A stretch of 64,000 nucleotides of DNA from NCBI GenBank assembly GCA_002429485.1, contig DIZX01000015.1:187073-251072 (forward strand), written 5' to 3'. The notes under the pieces were generated by a model that saw nothing but the letters and a program-made list of their open reading frames with translations, did no database searches and was not told the origin of the DNA. This document shows, one piece after another, positions 10,125 through 20,094 of the stretch. The position numbers were made by a program, and so were the translations under genes. Each line of letters begins with the position of its first letter. Positions within the stretch are counted from its first letter, which is position 1. The DNA is from Patescibacteria group bacterium UBA6017. Lineage in GTDB: Bacteria > Patescibacteriota > Saccharimonadia > UBA4664.

Positions 10125-11141
10125 ATGTCCGGTTACGGAAGATCTGACGATTCAGGGCGCTCTCGCGCCTCCAGCAACATTGGAATGGCGGTCATCGCCC
10201 TCCTCGTGTTCGGCGCCATCTTCGGCATTGCCGCCTGGCTGCAATTCGACAAGACGGACGGCGGGCAGATCGCCGTTGTCCGCAACGGCGGTCCGTTCGA
10301 CAACAACAACATCCGCCAGGTCATCCAGCCCGCCTCCAGTCTCACCTGGACCGGTTGGTGGTCTTCCACCCACAAGTACCCTGCCCAGCAGCGGTTCTAC
10401 ACCATCACCGCCGACCCCAACGCCGGCGACAAGACCGGCGTGGACGTGGAGCAGATCCCGACCTCAGACGGCGTCGAGGTTGGTATCCAGGGCACCGTGT
10501 ACTTCACGCTCAACCGTGACCCTGCCACACTCAAGTCATTCGACAACAAGTATGGCACCCGGACCTACAAGGTCACGAGCGGTACCGGGGCAGACGCGAC
10601 AACGGAGTTCAAGACTGCCTGGGAAGACGAGGCCGGTTTCTCCGCGTTCCTCGATCAGATCATCCGGCCGGTCATCAGCAACGACCTCCGCCAACAGATC
10701 GGAAGCTTCCCTTGCGGCGAGCTCCAGGCCTCCTGCGCACTCGTGCAGAACGGAAACAACCCCCAGGCCGTCGCGGCCGTATCTGGAAAAAGCAACTTCA
10801 ACATTGCCAAGATCCAGAACTCGGTGAACAAATCTCTCCAGGATGACTTCAACACCACCCTGGGCGGGCCGTTCATCACCGATGTCCGTTTCAACCTGGC
10901 CAAGATCACCTTGCCCGACGCGGTGCAGACTGCGATCAACAAGGCCCAGGCCGCCTTCGCAGCAGTTGCGGAGTCGCGGGCAAAGGTGCAGCAAGCCTCG
11001 GCAGATGCCGCGGCCAACGCCCAGCGTCAGCTTGGCTACAAGAACTGCCCTGCCTGTGTCACCATCGACACGCTGAAGGCGATCCCGCCGAACGTCACCA
11101 CGTTCGCTCCGGGAGCCGGCTTCGGCATCACTTCGAAATGA
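10125..11141 (+). CDS. SPFH/Band 7 domain membrane protein
   Basis: N-terminal TM, IPTSDGVEV.I.GTVYF, helical LPDAVQTAINKAQAA tail. Confidence 0.75.
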   Translation: MSGYGRSDDSGRSRASSNIGMAVIALLVFGAIFGIAAWLQFDKTDGGQIAVVRNGGPFDNNNIRQVIQPASSLTWTGWWSSTHKYPAQQRFYTITADPNAGDKTGVDVEQIPTSDGVEVGIQGTVYFTLNRDPATLKSFDNKYGTRTYKVTSGTGADATTEFKTAWEDEAGFSAFLDQIIRPVISNDLRQQIGSFPCGELQASCALVQNGNNPQAVAAVSGKSNFNIAKIQNSVNKSLQDDFNTTLGGPFITDVRFNLAKITLPDAVQTAINKAQAAFAAVAESRAKVQQASADAAANAQRQLGYKNCPACVTIDTLKAIPPNVTTFAPGAGFGITSK

Positions 11142-11150
11142 GGTAAGCAG

Positions 11151-11486
11151 TTGAAAGAAATCGCTGGTTTGATCGTTGTCGCTTGCTTGGTCGGGGCGGT
11201 CTTCATGACGTTTCTCGTACTCACAAAGCGACTCGACTCCATGGTGCTCAGCCACCGGCTTCGGCGCACCAAGTGGCGCCGATACGAGTACGTCGACGAT
11301 GAGGGCGACACTCATGTCGTCCTTCGGCGCAGCGTCTACAACGGTGCCGAGGAAGTGTTCGCCGACCCAGACCGAGTGGTCTCCGTCATCTACGACCAAG
11401 ATCCGGAAGCCCGAAGAAAGCTTGCGGAAGCACGGCTCGAGGCCGACCTTCAGGTCAGCCAGACCAACTACCGCTTGCCGTCCTAG
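11151..11486 (+). CDS. small single-TM hypothetical protein, operonic with the SPFH gene
   Basis: GAGG SD, TTG start 9 nt after the SPFH stop, N-terminal hydrophobic helix. Confidence 0.7.
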   Translation: MKEIAGLIVVACLVGAVFMTFLVLTKRLDSMVLSHRLRRTKWRRYEYVDDEGDTHVVLRRSVYNGAEEVFADPDRVVSVIYDQDPEARRKLAEARLEADLQVSQTNYRLPS

Positions 11487-11504
11487 CCGAGCTAGACCAG
11501 CTCA

Positions 11505-11537
11505 GCCCAACCTTCCCTCATCGCGGAAGGTTGGGCA
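11505..11537 (+). terminator. hairpin closing the SPFH operon
   Basis: GCCCAACCTTCC...GGAAGGTTGGGC. Confidence 0.6.
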
Positions 11538-11638
11538 CCAACCCGAGCGCTCAAATGCACTTGAGTCTTCAGGTTGAAAAGCTACCAAACCATAAGCGCT
11601 TCATGGCGTAAAACCCGCTCAAATGCTACTATTTAACA

Positions 11639-12388
11639 ATGAACGTAATCGAACTCAAGGACATCGGTATGGTCTTCACCGACCGATCCGAGCCCACCCT
11701 CGCCCTGAGCCACATCGACCTCGCTATAGGTAAAGGCGAATTCGTAGCCATTATCGGTCCTTCCGGCTCCGGCAAAAGCACCCTCATGAACGTCATCGGC
11801 CTGCTCGATACGCCTACCTCGGGCGAGTTCTATCTGGATGGCAATCTGGTGGCCAGCCTCAATGATTCCAGCCTCGCCAAGCTTCGCCGTGAGAAGATTG
11901 GCTTTGTCTTTCAGAGCTTCAATTTACTCCCGCGGCTCAGTGTGGTCCAAAACGTCGAGCTCCCGCTGGTTTACGGCGGCATACCGCCCAAGCAGCGCCG
12001 CGCCCGCGCCCTGGAGCTGCTCGGCCTCGTTGGCCTGCACGACCGCGCCAACTACAAGCCCCACCAGATCTCCGGCGGCCAAACCCAGCGCGTGGCTATC
12101 GCCCGAGCCCTCGCCAATCACCCCAGCCTCATTTTGGCCGACGAGCCCACCGGCAACCTGGACACCAAGGCCTCCAAGGCCATCATCGATGAACTCCGCC
12201 GTCTAAACCGCGACACCGGCGCCACCATCGTAATCGTCACCCACAACCCCGAAGTGGCCGTGCAGACCGATCGCACCGTGACCGTTCGCGATGGCGAAAT
12301 CGTCAACGACACCTCGCAAAAGGCCTCCAAGACTAAGTCAAAGTCCGCCCCGATCGCCGACTCACCCCACCGGAGGATAACCGTATGA
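11639..12388 (+). CDS. ABC transporter ATP-binding protein (LolD/MacB-type)
   Basis: GPSGSGKST, IGFVFQSFNL, ISGGQTQRVAIARAL, LADEPTGNLD, VTH. Confidence 0.95.
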   Translation: MNVIELKDIGMVFTDRSEPTLALSHIDLAIGKGEFVAIIGPSGSGKSTLMNVIGLLDTPTSGEFYLDGNLVASLNDSSLAKLRREKIGFVFQSFNLLPRLSVVQNVELPLVYGGIPPKQRRARALELLGLVGLHDRANYKPHQISGGQTQRVAIARALANHPSLILADEPTGNLDTKASKAIIDELRRLNRDTGATIVIVTHNPEVAVQTDRTVTVRDGEIVNDTSQKASKTKSKSAPIADSPHRRITV

Positions 12389-13608
12389 TGTTCTATGAAA
12401 ACTTCAAGATGGCTTTCGTCAGCCTCAGCAACGCGAAATTGCGCAGCTTCCTGACTATGCTGGGCATTATTATCGGTGTTGCAGCCGTCGTTTCAATCCT
12501 CGCCATCGGTGCCGGCGTCAAAAAAGCCGTCCAAGATCAGATCACCGGCGTGGTCAACGCCAACGCTATTGCCGTAGCTTCGGGTAAGATCAACCTCAAG
12601 AGTGGCGGGGGCGGCGGAGCCAGCTCAATCGGGGCTTCCACGCTCACCATCACCGACACCGATTATCTGTCCAAGCTCGATCACGTCCTAGCCGTGGCTC
12701 CCATGAGCCTCATTTCCGGTAATGTGTCCAACGGCAAAACTATCTCGAACAGTGAGCTCCTGATAGCCACCACTCCCCCGTTTAGTAAAACCCAGACCCT
12801 TAAATTCGCTTCGGGTAGGTTTATTAACGACTCCGACAAAGGCAAAGCCGTTGCAGTTCTAGGCGGCAATGCCAAACTTGATCTCTTCGGGACAGCGGAT
12901 GCCCTTGGTAAAACCATCAACATCCGCGGCACAACCTTCACCATCATCGGTTCGCTCAAAACTACCGACAGTGCCGCCTCCAGCTTTTCGGCCGGTCCCA
13001 GCCTCGAAAATGCCGTCTACCTGCCCTTCGATACTGCCACCAAAATAACCGGCAGCGTTCCTCCTATCGCCCGGCTCCTAGTTCAAGTCGATGAAGCCTC
13101 CAATGTAAACAGCGTTGCTGCAGCCATGAAATCAAAAATGATTAAGGGCCACGGCGGCCAAGAAGACTTCACCGTCCTCACCCAAAGCGATATTCTGTCG
13201 ACCGTCGACACCGTCCTTAGCCTGCTAACCACCTTTATTGTGGCCATTGCCAGCATCTCGCTTCTGGTCGGAGGCATCGGCATCATGAATATCATGCTCG
13301 TCTCCGTCACCGAACGCACCCGCGAGATCGGCCTGCGCAAAGCCATCGGCGCTTCGAGCTCCACCGTCCTGAGCCAGTTCCTGATCGAAGCGGTGGTAAT
13401 TAGCCTGGTCGGCGGAGGCATTGGCATTGCTGTAGCAATTGGGCTGGCCACTGGAGCCGGTAAACTCGCCAAAATCACTCCCGTCTTCACGCCCGAAGCC
13501 ATTGGTCTCGCCTTTGGCGTCTCCGCTGCCGTCGGAATTATCTTTGGTATTGCTCCGGCCATCAAAGCCGCCCGCAAGCGCCCCATCCAGGCCCTCAAAG
13601 CTATTTAA
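12385..13608 (+). CDS. MacB/FtsX-family ABC permease
   Basis: RSFLTMLGIIIGV, GGIGIMNIMLVSVTERTREIGLRKAIGA, PAIKAA. Confidence 0.95.
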   Translation: MMFYENFKMAFVSLSNAKLRSFLTMLGIIIGVAAVVSILAIGAGVKKAVQDQITGVVNANAIAVASGKINLKSGGGGGASSIGASTLTITDTDYLSKLDHVLAVAPMSLISGNVSNGKTISNSELLIATTPPFSKTQTLKFASGRFINDSDKGKAVAVLGGNAKLDLFGTADALGKTINIRGTTFTIIGSLKTTDSAASSFSAGPSLENAVYLPFDTATKITGSVPPIARLLVQVDEASNVNSVAAAMKSKMIKGHGGQEDFTVLTQSDILSTVDTVLSLLTTFIVAIASISLLVGGIGIMNIMLVSVTERTREIGLRKAIGASSSTVLSQFLIEAVVISLVGGGIGIAVAIGLATGAGKLAKITPVFTPEAIGLAFGVSAAVGIIFGIAPAIKAARKRPIQALKAI

Positions 13609-13729
13609 CAAAGAAACAGCTCCCCTCGAAAATCGAGAAGAGCATGAGTGGGGGCCGAAACGGCCGGGTTCTCGACGAGAGTCGACCCCCACCACACTGT
13701 CGTGGAACCGCGCGGTTTGAGGCTTGGCC

Positions 13730-13975
13730 TCAGTCTGTTTCGGGCTGATGGGGCTTGGGAGGCTCGATCAGATCAGTCTTGTCCACGATCGTGGCACCCG
13801 CCTTTTCCAGCGCCGCCTTGTTTTTCCTGCCGTCATGAGCGCAGAAAAGCAACTCGGAACCGCCCCGGAATAGAGCCAGTACGTAGGCCCTGGCACCGCA
13901 GCCGGTGGTGTCGCAGCGGTCTGCAGCTTTGGGGAGCCATAGATCGCGGATATCGGTCGTTACGGTAGTGCTCAT
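13730..13975 (-). CDS. small Cys/His putative zinc-binding protein resembling an actinobacterial conserved family (ADRCD..C GA.AYV...GGELLFC.H)
   Basis: AGGAGG SD then MSTTVTT...AADRCDTTGCGARAYV...GGSELLFCAHDGRK. Confidence 0.75.
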   Translation of the reverse strand: MSTTVTTDIRDLWLPKAADRCDTTGCGARAYVLALFRGGSELLFCAHDGRKNKAALEKAGATIVDKTDLIEPPKPHQPETD

Positions 13976-14234
13976 GGCAGTCCTCCTGGACATGGGCGCC
14001 GGCGAGTTCCGGACGAGCTGCTCTCGAAACCAATCGAGACCAAATCGCCCGAAACTTGCCAATCCATAGGCCCAGATACAAAAAAAGACGTACTCATTTC
14101 TAGCATTACGCTAGGAATAGAGTCGCCGCCCCTCAGGGTTTGCCCTTTTCTTTCCACGAACCAACTTGCTTAACACTTAAGGTACTAGAAATATAATGAC
14201 AGATGTAAGGCCAATGAGTCAAGCATAGCCGATA

Positions 14235-15017
14235 TTAGGCGATCGCTGGCTGAAAAAAGTGATGCGAAGCATGCAATTCTACCCTGGCATCATTGCGCAG
14301 AACCTGCCTCACTTCACCCCTCACCCGGGCCAACCCGCGGTGATTTATCTGCAGGTCCTTCGTGGCCTCGCGCGGCACCGAAATCTCCAGATGCCGATGG
14401 CCATGCTTAATCTCGGACAATGGTGGATAATAGCCCGTTTTAGCATCAATCGTCAGCAATGCTCCCTGCCATTCACCCACGAAATCATATCCCTTGAGAT
14501 CCTCCTCCACCGTGCCATATCGCACCGACCTGAGCTCAGGTAGACCCTGCAGTGCCGCGTGCAACGCCACCTCCGACGCTGCTCCGGTAATCTCCCCGCG
14601 CGCCCACTCGTCACGCCCCGAGCTGGCCGAAGCCAACCAATCCATCAAATCATCGCGCGAAAAATTATGCCCACACGATTCAATCAATCCGCGAAGCAAA
14701 TGATTGTAGCTGCATGCCTGATGGCGCAGCATTTCGTAATGGTGCCCTCGCTCCGTGAGCTCTTCATGATTCAATCCGCCGTGGTGCAGCGCCTCCCGAT
14801 CGTCATCGAGCATATCCTGAATCACCGCCTGCCGCCGAGCCAATGCCATCACCTCGCCCAATCGCTTCAATTCCGGATGATTCTCATCCTCCACAAATCG
14901 TTCCACCACTAGGTTTATAGCCTCGTGCAAGCCCAGCTTGCCGCGCTGAAGCTCAATGAGCAGGATGATGTCGTTCGCTCGTCGGGAAAAATCTTCAGCT
15001 GCCAAAGCTTTATTCAT
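14235..15017 (-). CDS. hypothetical protein with a C-terminal PD-(D/E)XK nuclease-like motif
   Basis: GAASEVAL...EEDLKGYDF...IDAKTG. Confidence 0.6.
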   Translation of the reverse strand: MNKALAAEDFSRRANDIILLIELQRGKLGLHEAINLVVERFVEDENHPELKRLGEVMALARRQAVIQDMLDDDREALHHGGLNHEELTERGHHYEMLRHQACSYNHLLRGLIESCGHNFSRDDLMDWLASASSGRDEWARGEITGAASEVALHAALQGLPELRSVRYGTVEEDLKGYDFVGEWQGALLTIDAKTGYYPPLSEIKHGHRHLEISVPREATKDLQINHRGLARVRGEVRQVLRNDARVELHASHHFFQPAIA

Positions 15018-15055
15018 ACTCTAAGCCTAGCATTTTGAGCGTCACCGTACCAATT

Positions 15056-15081
15056 AAAAAGAGGCCCTAAGGCCTCTTTTT
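15056..15081. terminator. intrinsic terminator after groEL
   Basis: AAAAAGAGGCC-CTAA-GGCCTCTTTTT. Confidence 0.9.
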
Positions 15082-15104
15082 CTTGCGAGCTATTTGGGCC
15101 GGAC

Positions 15105-16775
15105 TTAGTAGTCCATGCCTCCCATACCCATGCCGCCAGGCATTCCGCCACCGCCGCCGGCTGAAGCACCCTTGTCTTCCGGAATGTCCACAATCAGCGA
15201 ACCCATCGTCATAGCAGTTCCAGCGATCGATACGGCGTTGGTGATCGCCTCACGAGTAACCTTGGCCGGGTCCACGATTCCCTTAAGCTTCATATCTACC
15301 AGTGCGTCGGGACTGTTTACATCAAAACCCTGGCCGCCCTTAGATGACAGTACTAATGGCAATTTCTCATCGGCGTTGAGGCCGGCGTTGCGCATCAATT
15401 CTCGAAAAGGCTGCACTAATGCGCGCTTGAGCACCAAGTGACCAGCCTCTTCGCTCGATCCGATCTTAGTCGGCTCAACCGTGAGTGTTTTAGACAGATC
15501 TACCAGCGTCACGCCGCCGCCAGGCACGATGCCCTCGGTCACAGCCGCTTTGGTGGCGTTCACGGCGTCATCCACGCGGAACTTCTTCTCCTCAATCTCA
15601 GTCTCGGTAGCTCCGCCGACTTTGATGACGGCCACTTTACCGGCCAAGGCGCTCAAGCGCTTCTCGAGATTCTCTTTGTCGTACTCACTCGTGGCGTTCT
15701 CGACCTGGGCGCGAATCTCATCAATCCTGCTAGCAACATCTTTTGTTTCGCCGTAGCCTTCAATAATCGTCGTACTATCTTTGCCGGCAATAATCTTGCG
15801 GGCGCCGCCGAGCATATCGAGGGTAGCATTCTCAAAGCTAAAGCCTTGCTCTTCGCTGATCACAGTTGCGCCGGTGAGAACCGCGATATCCTGCAGAGAA
15901 GCCTTGCGACGATCACCAAAGGCCGGAGCCTTGATGGCCAGGGTGCTAAACACTCCCTTGAGACGGTTCAAAATCAAGGTAGCCAGAGCCTCGCCCTCAA
16001 CGTCCTCAGCGATAATCACCAGCTCCTTCTTGCCGCCCTGAGCGATCTTCTCCAGCAACGGCAGAATGTCTTGAATGCTCGAAATCTTCTTATCGGTCAC
16101 CAAAATCAGCGGCTTCTCATAGCTAGCTTCCATCCGGGCAGTATCGGTCACCATGTATGGGCTCACGTAACCGCGATCAATCTTGAAGCCTTCCACAATC
16201 TCCGACTCAATGCCGAGAGTCTGACTTTGCTCCACCGTGACGGTCCCGTCGTTGCCGACCGCTTCGATTACATCGGCGATCAGCTCGCCAATTTCCGAAT
16301 CTCCCGCCGAAACTGTCGCCACTTGGGCAACTTTCTCGCGATTGCCGGCAATTTTCTCGGTCAATCCTTCCACGTGGTCGAGCACCTGCTTAGCCGCGTG
16401 ATCCAGACCCTTCTTGAGGTCCATTGGGTTGTGACCGGCCGCAATCAGGCGGTTGGCCTCATTAAGAATGTGATAAGTCAGCACAGTCGCGGTAGTGGTA
16501 CCGTCACCCACGGTGTCGTTGGTTTTGGAGGCGGCCTGCTTCACCAGCTCGGCACCCACACTGCGGCCCAGAGTTTCATCGTTGCGGTTCTCGATGTCCA
16601 CAGCCTTCGCTACCGTCACGCCGTCGTGAGTCACGGTCGGTCCGCCGTAGCTCTTGCTCAGCACCACGTTGCGGCCCTTAGGCCCCATCGTTACGCGCAC
16701 AGCTTCGTACAGCTCCCGCGCTCCGGCTAATACTCGCCCGCGGGCGTCATCGTCATAAAAAATCTTCTTTGCCAT
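15105..16775 (-). CDS. groL: chaperonin GroEL
   Basis: TMGPKGRNV, GDGTTTAT, KAPAFGDRRK, GIVPGGG, GGM tail. Confidence 0.99.
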   Translation of the reverse strand: MAKKIFYDDDARGRVLAGARELYEAVRVTMGPKGRNVVLSKSYGGPTVTHDGVTVAKAVDIENRNDETLGRSVGAELVKQAASKTNDTVGDGTTTATVLTYHILNEANRLIAAGHNPMDLKKGLDHAAKQVLDHVEGLTEKIAGNREKVAQVATVSAGDSEIGELIADVIEAVGNDGTVTVEQSQTLGIESEIVEGFKIDRGYVSPYMVTDTARMEASYEKPLILVTDKKISSIQDILPLLEKIAQGGKKELVIIAEDVEGEALATLILNRLKGVFSTLAIKAPAFGDRRKASLQDIAVLTGATVISEEQGFSFENATLDMLGGARKIIAGKDSTTIIEGYGETKDVASRIDEIRAQVENATSEYDKENLEKRLSALAGKVAVIKVGGATETEIEEKKFRVDDAVNATKAAVTEGIVPGGGVTLVDLSKTLTVEPTKIGSSEEAGHLVLKRALVQPFRELMRNAGLNADEKLPLVLSSKGGQGFDVNSPDALVDMKLKGIVDPAKVTREAITNAVSIAGTAMTMGSLIVDIPEDKGASAGGGGGMPGGMGMGGMDY

Positions 16776-16782
16776 AGCTGTC

Positions 16783-17046
16783 TTACCCCTTTACCACTGC
16801 GAGGACGTCTTCCTCTTTTACGATCAATAGCTCATCCGTGCCTTGCTTGAACCGGTTCGGGCCGTACTCGGTGTGCACGATTTTATCGCCCACTTTCACT
16901 TCCTTCACGTCCTTGCCCACGGCCAATACTTCGGCTATCTGCGTTTTTTCTTTGGCCTGATCCGGCAACAAAATTCCCGATGCAGTCTTAGACTCAGCTT
17001 CTACCGGTTTAGCCACGATGCGATCTGCCAATGGTTGTAGCGCCAT
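16783..17046 (-). CDS. groS: co-chaperonin GroES
   Basis: LQPLADRIV, TASGILLPD.AKEK, VLAVG. Confidence 0.98.
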   Translation of the reverse strand: MALQPLADRIVAKPVEAESKTASGILLPDQAKEKTQIAEVLAVGKDVKEVKVGDKIVHTEYGPNRFKQGTDELLIVKEEDVLAVVKG

Positions 17047-17088
17047 GCTTTGCTCCTCATTTACGTTAAGTACACAATAAACTCTACT

Positions 17089-17115
17089 TTAGCACTCAAA
17101 GTATCCGAGTGCTAG
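17089..17115. promoter_or_regulatory. CIRCE element (HrcA operator) upstream of groESL
   Basis: TTAGCACTC-N9-GAGTGCTAG, one mismatch to the TTAGCACTC-N9-GAGTGCTAA consensus. Confidence 0.92.
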
Positions 17116-17132
17116 TATCGCACCCCTACTTA

Positions 17133-18671
17133 CTAAGAGCGCTCCATGCGCCGGAATATTCCATCCGGCTCCGCCAATGACAGCTCCACAATTTCATCGG
17201 CTCTAGCCTGCGAATCAGCCACACTATATATACGCAATTGAGGCGCATTCCCGGATGGGCGCAAATGCGCAACGTCGCCATTATCAAAATAGACTCTAAC
17301 TCCGTCGAGGGCATTAATTTCGGTCACTGAACCGAACTTAAGCTCAGCAGAAAAGAATTCTTCCAGTTCTTTACGAACTTCCGGAGTATCTTCACCAAAC
17401 TTCACCATAATTTCTTTGGACACAGCCACCGGAAAATTATCAATCAATCCTGCCTGCGAGAAGCGCTGCGGCAAACGACCAAATAGCTCCGATACCGGCA
17501 CGCCCGCCTCCAGCGCCGCGACCAGTGCCACCATTATTGGGAATGCCGCGTCACGGGTCGGCAGCGCCGTCAGCACCTTACCGCGAATTTCCATATCCGA
17601 GCCGGTCAAAAACCCGCCGTTGACCTCCCAGCCAACGACTCGTTTTGTACCTTCGGTCTCTTTCTCGGCCATCGCAGCAATCACATACGGCGAACCAATC
17701 TTCGTGTGGCTCCATCCCATACTTTTTTCGGTCAGATAACTATCAACCGCATCGCTCGTACTCACCGGATAGGCGGCAAAATCCACCTGCAGCCAATTAG
17801 CCACCACCGCACCCAGCACGTCGCCCCGATGAAACTCGCCAGTCTCATCAATCACAAATGGCCTATCGCTATCACCGTCGGTCGAAATAATCGCAAAAGC
17901 TCCCGGATTCTCCTTCGCCAACTTTCGAAAATACTCCGCATCGGACGGCTTCACGTTTTCACTGTCGATCGGCACGAATACCTCCGACCGACCCACCGGC
18001 ACCACTTCAGCACCTAGAGCTTCAAATAAAGTCAACAACAGATCGCGTCCCACCGCAGAATGCTGATATAACACCACCTTTTTGCCAGCCAGTACCCCCT
18101 CAAAAATACTCACGTATCGCTCGACGTACTCACTCGTTGCGGCAACCGCCACGTTGCCAAGCGCCGGAGACTGAACCAAAGCCCCGTCAGCATCGAATCC
18201 AGACTCACTAAACCCGGCTGAATTTTGCTGAGCTCTCACTGCGGCCACTGCCTGCTTGATAGCGCCTTCGTCGTTCTTCAGAATTTCGCCGTCGGTTTTG
18301 TAAAACTTAATCCCATTTCGATCAGCCGGAATGTGGCTGCCTGTCACCATTATGCCCGCTGCCTGTCGCTTCAGCGCATACGCCGCCAAGGCCGGAGTGG
18401 GAATTAACCCGCAGTACTCAACCCCGTACCCGCCATCAAGTATTGCCTTAGCAACGGCACCCAAAATACGAGGCGTGCTATCGCGGAGATCACCAGCCAA
18501 GTACACTTCGTCACCGGTCTTAATCTCACCGGCTTCAGCCAAAAATCGCAGAAATCCGGCTGCATTTATGTAGCATTCCAGGTCGGTCATGTCGGTGACC
18601 AACCCACGCAATCCTGATGTTCCAAAACTTAATTCTACCGGAGTGTACTTAAGCGACTGCAGTAAATTCAT
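17133..18671 (-). CDS. phosphomannomutase
   Basis: FGTSGLRG, VTGSHIP, DGDSDRP, RPSGNAPQLR. Confidence 0.9.
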   Translation of the reverse strand: MNLLQSLKYTPVELSFGTSGLRGLVTDMTDLECYINAAGFLRFLAEAGEIKTGDEVYLAGDLRDSTPRILGAVAKAILDGGYGVEYCGLIPTPALAAYALKRQAAGIMVTGSHIPADRNGIKFYKTDGEILKNDEGAIKQAVAAVRAQQNSAGFSESGFDADGALVQSPALGNVAVAATSEYVERYVSIFEGVLAGKKVVLYQHSAVGRDLLLTLFEALGAEVVPVGRSEVFVPIDSENVKPSDAEYFRKLAKENPGAFAIISTDGDSDRPFVIDETGEFHRGDVLGAVVANWLQVDFAAYPVSTSDAVDSYLTEKSMGWSHTKIGSPYVIAAMAEKETEGTKRVVGWEVNGGFLTGSDMEIRGKVLTALPTRDAAFPIMVALVAALEAGVPVSELFGRLPQRFSQAGLIDNFPVAVSKEIMVKFGEDTPEVRKELEEFFSAELKFGSVTEINALDGVRVYFDNGDVAHLRPSGNAPQLRIYSVADSQARADEIVELSLAEPDGIFRRMERS

Positions 18672-18675
18672 CTAC

Positions 18676-20028
18676 CTACTCCTTGGATTCAATTATTCGG
18701 GTCAACTCCGCCAACTTCTCCTGCAGGACTGCTTCCGTATCAGCCTCAACGTTCAGTCGAACTAACGGCTCAGTATTACTCATTCGTACGTTAAACCACC
18801 AACCAGGGTAGTCCACCGTCAGCCCGTCGAGTTCATCCTGGGTGCCGTCCGAGTAAGCAACCTTGAGCTGCAAGACCTTGGCCTTGGCGTCCTCAACCTT
18901 GAAGTTCTGCTCCTCTGCAGTTGCGTATTTTTGGTACGGAATCACTAACTCGCTCAGCTTCTTGCCCGACTCTGCCAGCACGCTCACGATCGCCATCACA
19001 GCAATCAAACCCGAGTCGCTGAAGTAATTATCTTTAAAGTAATAGTGACCGGATAATTCAATCGCCAGCACCGCATCAAGTTCTCGCATCATACCCTTGA
19101 TCGCATCGCCGCCGACCTTGCTTCGTACCGCCTTACCGCCCGCGGCCTCGATCGTATCCTTCACGATGTGGCTCGTACGCACGTCGTACAAAATCGTTGC
19201 GCCCGGTTGAAGCTTCAAAAAATGCTCAGCTAAAATAGCTCCCATTATTGGCTCAGGCACGGGTACGCCCAGCTCGTCGATAATCCCGCCGCGGTCCCCA
19301 TCGCCATCAAACGCCAGCCCAAAATCGAGCTTTTTTTCGTCAATCAGCTTGCATATATCTACCAGTGTTTCAGTCAGGTGCGGATTCGCCACGTGGTTCG
19401 GAAATGTTCCGTCTAGCTCAAAGTACAGCCGGTCCACGCTAAACGGCAGCTTCTCTTCGAGCGCCGGGAATATAGCGCCCGCCATCCCGTTACCCGCATC
19501 CACTGCTATCCGTGAGGCCTCGAGCGCCGGCAAATTCACGAAAGTGAGAGTTTGCTCCACCCACTCGTTTACGATCGACCGTTGCTCTACCTTACCTATG
19601 CGATCGCTAGCCTTATAAGTGTCACTTACCACCGCCTGCTTAATATCCAGCAAACCGTTCGTCGCCCCCATCGGCACCGCGCCGCGGCCGCACAACTTAA
19701 TACCGTTATACTTACCCGGATTATGGCTGGCCGTTACCATCACCCCGCCAGCCAGCTCCTCGAATCTTCCGGCCGAAAAATACACCATATCTGTTGTAAC
19801 CAGACCAATATCCCAAACATCACGCCCTTGGCGAGTAAGCCCCAGAATTACTGCTTCTGCCAACTCAGCACTGTCGGTCCGCATGTCGCGCCCCACTACC
19901 ACGGGCCCATCTGTCGGCAAATAGTCTGCGACTGCCCGAGCGACTGCAAGCGCCACATCAGCGGTCAATTCTGTCCCGGAAATACCCCGGATATCGTACG
20001 CTTTGAAGATAGATTCTGTAATTTTCAT
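18676..20028 (-). CDS. phosphomannomutase/phosphoglucomutase
   Basis: FKAYDIRG, TASHNP, FDGDGDR, ELSGH, RMSNTEP; start at MKITES. Confidence 0.93.
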   Translation of the reverse strand: MKITESIFKAYDIRGISGTELTADVALAVARAVADYLPTDGPVVVGRDMRTDSAELAEAVILGLTRQGRDVWDIGLVTTDMVYFSAGRFEELAGGVMVTASHNPGKYNGIKLCGRGAVPMGATNGLLDIKQAVVSDTYKASDRIGKVEQRSIVNEWVEQTLTFVNLPALEASRIAVDAGNGMAGAIFPALEEKLPFSVDRLYFELDGTFPNHVANPHLTETLVDICKLIDEKKLDFGLAFDGDGDRGGIIDELGVPVPEPIMGAILAEHFLKLQPGATILYDVRTSHIVKDTIEAAGGKAVRSKVGGDAIKGMMRELDAVLAIELSGHYYFKDNYFSDSGLIAVMAIVSVLAESGKKLSELVIPYQKYATAEEQNFKVEDAKAKVLQLKVAYSDGTQDELDGLTVDYPGWWFNVRMSNTEPLVRLNVEADTEAVLQEKLAELTRIIESKE

Positions 20029-20094
20029 GCAAACATTGTAGCCCACCGACACCTGGGTAGCCAAACCGCCGAAGTTCTGCTAACTTTTTATACT

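Noticed and set aside
15438-16730. 430-aa + strand ORF, and similar long antisense ORFs over dnaG, SPFH, xth, valS, virB6 and virB4
   Set aside because: Opposite to clearly identified genes; typical GC-rich shadow frames without motifs.
19552-20094. Apparent 181-aa N-terminal extension of pheA (similarly 38239..38766 for the TPR-like protein)
   Set aside because: Overlaps a real gene on the other strand; family similarity starts at the downstream ATG.
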